DNA from: an uncultured Nitrospinaceae bacterium
Lineage (GTDB): Bacteria; UBA8248
Reading direction: 5' to 3'
DNA: 31,871 bases
Assembly: GCA_964005815.1 (NCBI GenBank)
Contig: CAXFSR010000059.1
Span: forward strand, 1-31,871
Below the pieces are notes generated by a model that searched no databases, had not been told where the DNA came from, and saw only the letters and a list, made by a program, of their open reading frames with translations. Position 1 is the first letter of the stretch, and each line of letters begins with the position of its first letter. Below are positions 1 through 8,919 of this stretch, piece by piece. The translations under genes were made by a program, and so were the position numbers.

Positions 1-1348
1 CTTCCTTAGAAATAAACAATGTCTTAAGAACACGTTCTGGGAAAGGGACACTTTCAGCACCAGAAATATGTTTATCACTCAACATGCAGTGAAACAAATC
101 AAACAAAGGTGGGTAATTAACACGACCGAACTCCCAGTCAAACACAAACATTTTTTCTGAACCACCTATCATATTTGCATGGTAAAAGGGGAATTCCCTT
201 TGGACGACACCAAAAGGCAAATTCAAATCATCAATAACGGCTAACATCTCCTCGCATAATTGATTCAGCCAGATATTACTTTCCTCTTTAAAGTAATGAT
301 TAATTACTTTAAGTTTCTCTTGAATTTCAGAGAAGAACTCACTTTTGTGAAAAGGAATTGAAGTAGAAGTTTTAGAAAACAATTCAATTAACCAGTCAAC
401 ATGCGCATCACTCATTTTTTTTGGATATTTTAATCCTGATTTTGAAGATATTTCCAGAAAGGATCTTGCCAAACAAGTCTTGAAGTTGAGAACTTTTGGG
501 ACTTTCGCTGTATGAAATTCATAATTCGCTAAATATTTAAGGATTTTTACTTCGTTTGAAATTATTTCTTCTCCTTGCTTTCCTGAAGAATATTTACAAA
601 AAGACCTTAAATCACCATTTTCAGAAAATACAGGAACAAGATTTTTCCTTTTTGTAGGCAAAACACTAATATTTTTAGAGACCCATGGTTCATGCTCTCT
701 TTCTTCTGAAGAGTTTCCAAGTCCACTTTCTCTGACAAATACAAGTAGTTGTTGACGAAAAAAAATACGCGACAATCGAAAATAGTTTAATACTCTAAGG
801 ATAAATAAAAAATAATAAACTCGCCTACTTCTATATTTTATTTGCTGGAAATGTTTTAGCAATTTTTCAGTTACTTCAAATTTCATATAAGCATGATCTC
901 CATTATCTTCTTTAGAATGAATCTCAGAAAAAAGTATGGCATTACTCAGAGGGAAACCTAGAAAATGAAATTCTTGAATATTGAACTTCTCTAATGAAAT
1001 AAAATCGAGCTTATTTACTGGCGAAGTTCCTTTTTTAGAATAAACAAATATCTTCCCACTAGGGCTAAGTAGTGATTCACATTCTTCTATTATTGTTATT
1101 ATTCCCAATTCCTTCAAAGAATCCGCATTAATCAAGATACAATCTAAAATTGCCCCTCTAGGTCTGATATCTCTAAGGAATTCTTCAAACTTTTCAAATT
1201 CAGAAATCTCTCTACAATCTGAAGGGAAAACAATCTTCATCCAATCAGAACTTTCTAGTTCTAAGTTAGAAATATGCGGAAAATTGCCAATCTCTAAAAC
1301 TATTTTTGTATCTGTTGGAATAAGAAAATTCCAACCATTCCAGACCAT
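1..1348 (-). CDS. Partial (3'-truncated) protein: degenerate class I methyltransferase-like N-domain fused to an APH/choline-kinase-like domain
   Basis: Manual translation from ATG at 1348 stays open to the window edge (449 codons): MVWNGWNFLIP..VLEIG..LDCILIN..ECESLLSPSGKIFV.. then FCKY..NEVKILKYL..VPKVL..FGVVQREFPFYH..FVFDWEFG..PPLFDLFH. Probably missing from the ORF track because its stop lies outside the window. Confidence 0.75.
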   Translation of the reverse strand, partial: MVWNGWNFLIPTDTKIVLEIGNFPHISNLELESSDWMKIVFPSDCREISEFEKFEEFLRDIRPRGAILDCILINADSLKELGIITIIEECESLLSPSGKIFVYSKKGTSPVNKLDFISLEKFNIQEFHFLGFPLSNAILFSEIHSKEDNGDHAYMKFEVTEKLLKHFQQIKYRSRRVYYFLFILRVLNYFRLSRIFFRQQLLVFVRESGLGNSSEEREHEPWVSKNISVLPTKRKNLVPVFSENGDLRSFCKYSSGKQGEEIISNEVKILKYLANYEFHTAKVPKVLNFKTCLARSFLEISSKSGLKYPKKMSDAHVDWLIELFSKTSTSIPFHKSEFFSEIQEKLKVINHYFKEESNIWLNQLCEEMLAVIDDLNLPFGVVQREFPFYHANMIGGSEKMFVFDWEFGRVNYPPLFDLFHCMLSDKHISGAESVPFPERVLKTLFISKE

Positions 1349-1489
1349 AATATTAAGACCCTAAAAAATATTTAAGAAGACAAAACATAAACATAAAAAA
1401 TTGTTTATAATTGGAAACTAGATTTAATTTCTTTTGCTTCAAACCTTTTTACTCTATCATAAAATTTCTAATAACAGAGTCAGAGGAAC

Positions 1490-3037
1490 ATGGAAATAGA
1501 GCTAGAAAAAACAAAATCATTTTTTAGTCGATTACGAAGCGGAGTTGTTTCAGTTTTTTTCGGTCAAATTGTCCTCACAATAGGCAACTTCCTGCTCGTT
1601 CCAATCTTTCTTACTTACTGGTCACCCACAAAATATGGGGAATGGCTCACCATTTTTTCTTTAACTGCTTATCTTACTTCATTTGATCCTGGCATAAGAT
1701 TAGCAATAATCAATAAACTCACTCAGTTATTTTCATTAAATAAAACAGAAGAATATCGTCTTTATCTACATTCGTCTTTCGTACTTTTCTTGTCAATTTC
1801 AATAATGGTTACACTGATTTTGATTCCGATTTTGTTTTTTTTACCTGTTCAGAAAATCCTCGGATTCAGAGAAATAAGTCCTATCGAAACTAGATGGGTC
1901 TTCTTTTTATTGTCAATCCAGGTCTTATGGGCATTGCCAGCAGGCATGGTTACAGCGATTTATAGGACAAATGGAAATTTTTCAACTTCTCAATGGTTCG
2001 CTAATGCAAGACAGTTTATCTCTATTGGACTTATTCCAACTGTACTTCTGTTAGGAGGAGACATTATCACAGTTGCGACAAGTCAAACGGTTGCAACCTT
2101 TTTAGTTTTCTTTGCTGTTTGGGATATCAAAAGAAGATTCCCTAATCTATCTCCGGGAATCAAGAAAACTTCCTTAAAAGTCCTATATAAAATGTTACCC
2201 CATGGTATTTACTTCTTCCTTCTAGACTTTTCGCTAGTCCTACTTCATCAAGGAAGCGTAATTTTGATTTCAATAGAACTTGGTGGCACTTTTGTAGCTC
2301 TATTTGTCGTAAGCAGGACATTAGCAAATTTAATTAGACAATTTACTCGTTCTTTTCTAATGCCATTGTGGCCAGAAATAACAAAAATGGAAATTTTGGA
2401 CGAACAGGAGAAACTCCAGAGATCTCATAGATTAATCGTTTGTATTTCAACTTCATTATGTATCATCTTTATCTCAACCCTTTGGTATGAAGGGAGCAAT
2501 GTTATCTCATTTTGGACAAAAAACAAAATCCAACCAGACTTAATCCTATTCAGACTTTTGATGTTATATATACTTTTTCAGACTCCTTGGATGTCGAGCG
2601 CTCTACTTTTAAAAGCGGCTAACAAACACAAACAAATTGCTAAATTGCAATTGTTTTCAAGTTTTATTGGATTAATTTTAGCCCTATTTTTAATAAAATC
2701 TCACAAACTTCATGGACTAGTTATCGCATTAATAATTGGAGAATTTATTTGTTGTTATTTTTGGATAATAAAAAAAACATGCCTCCTAACAAACGAAAAC
2801 TTCAAGAAATTCATAACAAATTTATGGGCCGGTATTTTATCACTAGGAATTCCTTCGCTACTTATTTCATGGGTAATAAATCATTTCACAAACCTCAACA
2901 CACCACTTCGTATACTTACAACTCTTATATGCACATTGATTTTAGTAGCTTTTGGAACTTGCCAAATCTGGCTCAAGAAAGAAGAAAAAAAAATAATCGC
3001 AAGAAAATTAAAGTTCTTTTTCTATAATCATCCATAA
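1490..3037 (+). CDS. Wzx-like polysaccharide flippase (MOP/MATE superfamily)
   Basis: 515 aa with many hydrophobic segments, N-terminal LVPIFLTYWSPTKYGEW..FDPGI pattern, GAGGA RBS, sugar-gene context. Confidence 0.85.
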   Translation: MEIELEKTKSFFSRLRSGVVSVFFGQIVLTIGNFLLVPIFLTYWSPTKYGEWLTIFSLTAYLTSFDPGIRLAIINKLTQLFSLNKTEEYRLYLHSSFVLFLSISIMVTLILIPILFFLPVQKILGFREISPIETRWVFFLLSIQVLWALPAGMVTAIYRTNGNFSTSQWFANARQFISIGLIPTVLLLGGDIITVATSQTVATFLVFFAVWDIKRRFPNLSPGIKKTSLKVLYKMLPHGIYFFLLDFSLVLLHQGSVILISIELGGTFVALFVVSRTLANLIRQFTRSFLMPLWPEITKMEILDEQEKLQRSHRLIVCISTSLCIIFISTLWYEGSNVISFWTKNKIQPDLILFRLLMLYILFQTPWMSSALLLKAANKHKQIAKLQLFSSFIGLILALFLIKSHKLHGLVIALIIGEFICCYFWIIKKTCLLTNENFKKFITNLWAGILSLGIPSLLISWVINHFTNLNTPLRILTTLICTLILVAFGTCQIWLKKEEKKIIARKLKFFFYNHP

Positions 3038-3169
3038 CCTCAAACTATTTCAACAAACAATGAACTTTCTGCATTTTGCCTACCAACAAAAAAAATATTT
3101 ATGTAACATAATAAAAATTTGATTATTATCACTCGAATTTAACTTATTTTAACTGATACTGAGAAAAAG

Positions 3170-4186
3170 ATGCGAAACGTTTGTTTAGTCGGAGTCGGGT
3201 ACTGGGGAAAACACTTATGTCGTAACTTGTCAGAAATTGGATGTTTACATTCCATTGTTGATACTGACAAGAAGATTGTTTCCCAAGTCAAGAAAAAATA
3301 TTCTTTAAACACATCCTATCCAAATATAGAAGAAGCTATTTTGGACAAAGAAATTGATGCATTTGTAATATCTGCTCCACCTAAATTTCACTACCAAATA
3401 GCTACAAAAGCACTAACAGCACGAAAACACGTTCTGATAGAAAAACCCTTCACTCTTAGTTCCAAAGATGCTAGCAAACTTGCTAACTTAGCAAAAAAAA
3501 ACAAGTTGACACTTATGGCTGGATTTACATTCCTATATAACGAAGCAGTGAGGAAGATAAAGGAATTTATAGAATCAGGAGAATTAGGTGAGGTTTTCTA
3601 TATTTTCACACAAAGATTAAATTTCGGCATTGTTCGTTCGGACGTTGATGTTAACTGGAATCTAGCTCCCCATGATATTTCAATTATCTTATACCTTTTC
3701 GACCAAATGCCAACTGAAATAAGAACTCAAGGTATTTCACAATTAAAAAAAGGGGTACTAGACATTGCGTTTACCTCTCTTAAATTTAAGAAAAATCTTA
3801 CTGCATATATTCATTCTAGTTGGATTAACCCAACCAAGACAAGAGGCGCAACTATCGTAGGAACAAGGAAAATGCTAGTTTATGATGATACTTCTTTAGA
3901 TTCAAAAATTAAAATTTACGACAGGGGATTCGGGAAAAAAGGAAAGAATTCTTTAAATTTTGAAGATTTTATTCAGTTCCAATTATTAAACAAAGAAGGA
4001 AATGTTTTTACTCCTGAAATAAACTTTGAAGAACCACTTAGAATCGAGTGTGAACATTTCATAGATTGCATAAATGAAAAAGAAAATTGTTTATCAAATC
4101 CCAAAAAAGCTATACAGGTCTTGAAAATTCTTGAAGCAATGGATAAATCTGCTTCGAAAAATGGAACTCCTGTAAAACTAAGGTGA
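3170..4186 (+). CDS. Gfo/Idh/MocA family oxidoreductase, probable NDP-sugar 3-dehydrogenase
   Basis: VGVGYWG Rossmann motif, HVLIEKP, WNLAPHD; directly upstream of a DegT aminotransferase. Confidence 0.85.
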   Translation: MRNVCLVGVGYWGKHLCRNLSEIGCLHSIVDTDKKIVSQVKKKYSLNTSYPNIEEAILDKEIDAFVISAPPKFHYQIATKALTARKHVLIEKPFTLSSKDASKLANLAKKNKLTLMAGFTFLYNEAVRKIKEFIESGELGEVFYIFTQRLNFGIVRSDVDVNWNLAPHDISIILYLFDQMPTEIRTQGISQLKKGVLDIAFTSLKFKKNLTAYIHSSWINPTKTRGATIVGTRKMLVYDDTSLDSKIKIYDRGFGKKGKNSLNFEDFIQFQLLNKEGNVFTPEINFEEPLRIECEHFIDCINEKENCLSNPKKAIQVLKILEAMDKSASKNGTPVKLR

Positions 4187-4192
4187 TATTTA

Positions 4193-5752
4193 ATGAGTAC
4201 GAGACTATTTATTTCTGGAGAAGTAATCGATTTTTTTTTCAACAATTCTGATACAGAATTGGATGCAGAAGAATTAATTCAGAAATTGCAAGATGACAAA
4301 TACGAATTATGGTCTTCTAACTTCATACTGATAAAATCTAGCATTGAAAACACCCCTGACTGGGCAAAAAAAATAATCGCATCTGCTACTATTTGTAATT
4401 TACAACCCAATAGCTTGATTAAATATTTAGAAAAAAAAGAAATAAGCTACATTAAAAACGATGAAATACGAATTTGCAATAACATCAATCAAGCTTTTAT
4501 CTTAACACTTGAAAAGGGAGCTTGGAAAAAGTCAGGACTCAACGCAATAGAGCTATCAGAAATTAGCGAATTGAAAAAGAAAGAGGATGTTCCACTAGTT
4601 GACTTAATAGGGCAATACTCTTCAATTTCATTTGAAATTAACGAAGCCATTTCCAATACTATTTCACGTTCTAATTTTGTAATGGGTGAAGAAGTACTTA
4701 AATTTGAAGAAGAATTTGCCAATTTTTGCAATGTAAAACATTTTATTACTACAGGAAGTGGAACAGATGCGATTCATTTAGGTTTACGAGCACTTGGAAT
4801 AAAAAAAGGAGATGGTGTATTAACTGTTTCTCACACATTTTTTGCAACTGCCGAATCTATTATCATGTGTGGGGGAATACCATTTTTTATCGATATTAAT
4901 CCAAAAAACTATTGTATTTCTATAGAATCTTTAGAAAAATTTATTCAAGAACAGTGTTTTAAAAAAGACGATGGCTCTCTAATTCACAAAGAAAGTAATA
5001 CTTCAATAAAGTCTATACTGCCCGTTCACCTATATGGTCATCCAGCAGAAATCGAAAAATTAATACCAATCGCAAAAGAGAACAATCTCACTCTAATTGG
5101 TGATGGAGCGCAATCTCACGGATCTAAAATCAGAATCAACAATAAATTCCGGGATATTTCTTCACTCTGCGATGGCACTGCATTTAGTTTCTATCCTGGA
5201 AAAAATTTAGGCGCTTTTGGTGATGGCGGTGGATTAGCGACAAACGACTCTGAGTTAGCAAAAAAAATAAGATTATTGAAAGACCATGGAAGGACTAATA
5301 AATACGAACATACTATCTACGGATGGAGTAGCAGGCTAGACGCTATTCAATGTTCTATACTTAGAGTAAAACTAAAATATTTAGAAGAATGGACTATCAA
5401 ACGAAGAAAAGCTGCAGAGAAATATAATGAATTACTTAAAAAAGTAGACCAAGTTATATGTCCGATCTCTACAGATGATTATTATCACGTATACCATCTT
5501 TATGTTATCAGGGTGCATGAAAACAAAAGAGATGAGTTAATCAACTTTCTAAGAGAAAATAAAATTTTTGCTGGGATACACTATCCTATTCCACTTCACT
5601 TACAACCCGCATTTGAAAATATAAAAAACAACTCTACATTACCAAATACGGAAATTATATCTAAACAGGTTTTAAGCCTTCCCCTTTTTCCGGAGATAAA
5701 CTTCAAACAACAAAAATTAGTTACAAAAAAGATTCAAGAATTTCTATGTTAA
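4193..5752 (+). CDS. DegT/DnrJ/EryC1/StrS PLP-dependent sugar aminotransferase with ~130-aa N-terminal extra domain
   Basis: VPLVDL core starts at about nt 4589; SGTDA, LPVHLYG, DGAQSHG, FSFYPGKNLG (PLP Lys), SRLD, GIHYP, LSLP. Confidence 0.92.
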   Translation: MSTRLFISGEVIDFFFNNSDTELDAEELIQKLQDDKYELWSSNFILIKSSIENTPDWAKKIIASATICNLQPNSLIKYLEKKEISYIKNDEIRICNNINQAFILTLEKGAWKKSGLNAIELSEISELKKKEDVPLVDLIGQYSSISFEINEAISNTISRSNFVMGEEVLKFEEEFANFCNVKHFITTGSGTDAIHLGLRALGIKKGDGVLTVSHTFFATAESIIMCGGIPFFIDINPKNYCISIESLEKFIQEQCFKKDDGSLIHKESNTSIKSILPVHLYGHPAEIEKLIPIAKENNLTLIGDGAQSHGSKIRINNKFRDISSLCDGTAFSFYPGKNLGAFGDGGGLATNDSELAKKIRLLKDHGRTNKYEHTIYGWSSRLDAIQCSILRVKLKYLEEWTIKRRKAAEKYNELLKKVDQVICPISTDDYYHVYHLYVIRVHENKRDELINFLRENKIFAGIHYPIPLHLQPAFENIKNNSTLPNTEIISKQVLSLPLFPEINFKQQKLVTKKIQEFLC

Positions 5753-5804
5753 ATAGTTGTATAATGCCTAATTATTTTTGGACTATTACCATTTAGAGAA
5801 GAAA

Positions 5805-6545
5805 ATGAAGAAAATCTGCTTTTTAGGATCAAAAAAAATAGGTTCTGAATGTTTACAACATATCTTCAACAAAAAGAATGAACTAGACATTGAGATATCT
5901 TACGTTTTGACGAACCCTAGAGGAAAAGAGATAGAACAATTTTGCATTCAAAATGGAATAAAAATACTAAAAGACCTTAATACACTCAAAGATTCTGAAC
6001 CATTCGATATTGGTATCTGCGTTCAATATGAAAAAATACTTAAAAAAAAACATATTGATAAAGCAAAAGAAATTTTCATTAACTTACATATGGCTCCCCT
6101 TCCAGAATATAGGGGGTGCAACCAATTCTCTTTTGCAATCCTAAACAATGATGACATTTTCGGTGCAACAATTCATCAGCTTACAGAACAAGTTGATGGT
6201 GGGGCAATAATTTTCGAAAACCGATTTAAAATACCAAAAGATTATTGGGTTGAAGACCTATATAGTTTGACGGAAATGAAATCAATTGAACTTTTCAAAA
6301 ATTCTCTGCCAAAAATTATATCTAATGATTTTTCTCTGATTCCACAGAATGAATTAGAAAAATCTAGAAATTCTTCTTTCCATTACAGGAGTGAAATAGA
6401 AGATATAAAAAAAATTGAACTAGACTGGCCAGAAGAAAAAATAAAAACTCATATCAGAGCAACATCGATGCCCGGGTTCTCGAAACCATATACTTTAATA
6501 GAAGGTCAGAAAATTTTTTTCACAAAAAAAGACGATAAAAGTTAA
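5805..6545 (+). CDS. Sugar N-formyltransferase (formyl_trans_N)
   Basis: INLHMAPLPEYRG and TIH..VDGGAII motifs; start moved from the TTG at 5778 to the ATG at 5805 (MKKICFLG). Confidence 0.85.
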   Translation: MKKICFLGSKKIGSECLQHIFNKKNELDIEISYVLTNPRGKEIEQFCIQNGIKILKDLNTLKDSEPFDIGICVQYEKILKKKHIDKAKEIFINLHMAPLPEYRGCNQFSFAILNNDDIFGATIHQLTEQVDGGAIIFENRFKIPKDYWVEDLYSLTEMKSIELFKNSLPKIISNDFSLIPQNELEKSRNSSFHYRSEIEDIKKIELDWPEEKIKTHIRATSMPGFSKPYTLIEGQKIFFTKKDDKS

Positions 6546-6579
6546 AAACTAAATCCGCCAAAAGGAACTCCTTAGAAGA

Positions 6580-7866
6580 TTGGAATCTAAAAACAATACT
6601 TCCTACCCTACAAGAAGACTTACTAACGGACCCAAACATCATTTTTTTGGGTTTCACGATCTTTGTCCATGGAGTTCAGATCGCCGATATGTAATTTCAC
6701 TTCAAACTAATTTCATTGACAGACCTCCAGTATATTCAGACAAGGCTGTCGTCGGAGTAATAGATCTTAATGAAGATTGCAAATTCAAAGAGATTGCAAC
6801 AACTAATGCGTGGAATTTTCAACAAGGTGCTAGACAACAATGGTTCCCGAAAAATGAAAGGGAAATTATTTACAACGATCTATTAAACGATAGATTCTGC
6901 TCTATAAAAATAAATATAGAAACTCTTGAAAAAGAGATCTTTGAATGTCCTATATATGCCATTCATCCAAATGGAGAATATGGTTTAGGAATCAATTTTG
7001 AAAGGCTCTACGAAACAGGGGGATATGGCTACGATTCTCAAAAGAAGAATACATCTTTTGTTAACATTCCAGATAATGATGGCATTTTTCGTATTGATTT
7101 CTCTACTGGAGAAAAAAAACTTGTGATTTCTATTTCAGATGTTGCCAAAACTGGGAATTACGACATAAGTAAAACTAAAAACCACTTCTTGTCACACATA
7201 ACATTCAATCCCAATGGTTCAAGAATTGCTTTTTGTCACAGATACTGGGCAGAAGATGGCGGTTCACCTATACGACTTTGCACAAGCAACACTGATGGTA
7301 CTGATCTCCATATTTTTCCAATTACTGTTACTCACTTTAATTGGCTAAATTCTAATCGAATCTTAGCATTTGGGAGAAACAGACCGTGGATTTCGAAAAT
7401 AAGGAGTCATAACGTCTTTTCTCTTCCAATTTTCAGACAACTTCTGACATTAATAAGAAAAACGAGATCACATGTAAGACAACAGTTAGTAGGTGACAGA
7501 TATTTCCTTTTAACAGACAAAGAGAAAATAACGGAATCAATTGGAATTGGAATTCTTGCAGATGACGGACATCCCATGCCTTCTCCAAATGAAAGGTTTT
7601 TTGTTACTGACACATATGCTGATTCTGAACATTACAGGCAATTAATCGTTTATGACTTAAACAAAAAAGCAAAGCATATAATTGGCAATTATTACTCTCT
7701 TCCGAGCAAGGAAAACTTCAAAGAACTTAACTGGGACGAAAGTGCAATGAGATCGGACCTTCATCCCAGATGGAATAAAGAAGGCACTCAAATATGTATT
7801 GACTCTGTACATGAAGGAACTCGTCAGATATATATTGTTGATGTAGAAGATTTAGTTTCAATCTAA
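6580..7866 (+). CDS. Beta-propeller protein (TolB/oligogalacturonate-lyase-like) of unknown function
   Basis: Repeated PWSSD, HPNG, HITFNPNG, HFNW, HPMPSPN and DLHPRWN blade-like motifs; TTG start; no evident signal peptide. Confidence 0.65.
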   Translation: MESKNNTSYPTRRLTNGPKHHFFGFHDLCPWSSDRRYVISLQTNFIDRPPVYSDKAVVGVIDLNEDCKFKEIATTNAWNFQQGARQQWFPKNEREIIYNDLLNDRFCSIKINIETLEKEIFECPIYAIHPNGEYGLGINFERLYETGGYGYDSQKKNTSFVNIPDNDGIFRIDFSTGEKKLVISISDVAKTGNYDISKTKNHFLSHITFNPNGSRIAFCHRYWAEDGGSPIRLCTSNTDGTDLHIFPITVTHFNWLNSNRILAFGRNRPWISKIRSHNVFSLPIFRQLLTLIRKTRSHVRQQLVGDRYFLLTDKEKITESIGIGILADDGHPMPSPNERFFVTDTYADSEHYRQLIVYDLNKKAKHIIGNYYSLPSKENFKELNWDESAMRSDLHPRWNKEGTQICIDSVHEGTRQIYIVDVEDLVSI

Positions 7867-7881
7867 TTTATTAGGACAAAA

Positions 7882-8919
7882 ATGAAAATTGTCGTTATAG
7901 GTCCTCAACATCCTGATTCACTTCCTAAGTGCTCAGCAGAAACATTTAGAGCTCTTGGAAATGAGGTCTTAACTGTAGACGAAAGAAAAGTATTGAAAGT
8001 CTCTTTAGACAAGGATCTAAGTAGAGGAAAAATGAAAAAATGGTCTATCTTAAAACTTCGGCTTGCAGACTACGCGATGAAAATATTTCCAAATTTTGAA
8101 AATAAGATATACAACCGTATTGCTGACCTCTCAGCAGATTTCCAACCCGATCTTGTCATAACACATAGCACTTGGGTTCCACCAGAATCACTATTGAGAC
8201 TCAAGAAAAATACAAACGCAAAAATAGTCTGTTGGTTTCCGGACCATCCTGGAAATCTTGGAAGACAATATTTACTTTCTGGCTGTTACGACTACTTATT
8301 TTTCAAAGATAAATATCTTGTCAGCATGGCAAAAAGAATTAATCAAAATGCTGCTTACCTACCAGAGTGCTGTGAACCAAAATGGCATAAAAGAATAACC
8401 CTTTCTGAAGAAGAACTCAAAAAATATACATGCGACGTAACGATCGCAGGGAATCTTTATTATTACAGGGCTAAAATTTTTGAAGAACTTTCTAAATACT
8501 GTGACGTGAAAATATGGGGGCCCCCTATTCCCAGATGGTTGAAAACAAACCTCAATAAATTTCATCAAAATCAACTTGTTACTGAAGAAGAAAAAGCCAA
8601 GGCTTTTTCCGGAGCGAAAATTGTAATAAATACATTTCAAGGTGAAGTTGAAGGAATAAATCTTAGAACTTTTGAAGCTGCTGGATGTGGAGCATTTCAG
8701 ATATGTGAATATCGAGAAGAAATAGAAAAATTATTTATTCCTGGAGAAGAAATAGAAACTTTCAGGAATTTAGATGAACTCAATGAAAAAGTTAAATTCT
8801 ATCTTGCAAATCCGGAAAAAAGAAAAGAAATAGCGGATAAAGGATACAAAAGAGCACATGAAGACCACACTTACACAAAACGTATTACCGAACTATTGTC
8901 TATTATAAAAGAACTTTGA
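7882..8919 (+). CDS. Glycosyltransferase, CgeB-like (Glyco_trans_1_2)
   Basis: WFPDHP, KIVIN, NLRTFEAAGCGAFQI, HTYTKR motifs; AGGA RBS. Confidence 0.88.
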   Translation: MKIVVIGPQHPDSLPKCSAETFRALGNEVLTVDERKVLKVSLDKDLSRGKMKKWSILKLRLADYAMKIFPNFENKIYNRIADLSADFQPDLVITHSTWVPPESLLRLKKNTNAKIVCWFPDHPGNLGRQYLLSGCYDYLFFKDKYLVSMAKRINQNAAYLPECCEPKWHKRITLSEEELKKYTCDVTIAGNLYYYRAKIFEELSKYCDVKIWGPPIPRWLKTNLNKFHQNQLVTEEEKAKAFSGAKIVINTFQGEVEGINLRTFEAAGCGAFQICEYREEIEKLFIPGEEIETFRNLDELNEKVKFYLANPEKRKEIADKGYKRAHEDHTYTKRITELLSIIKEL

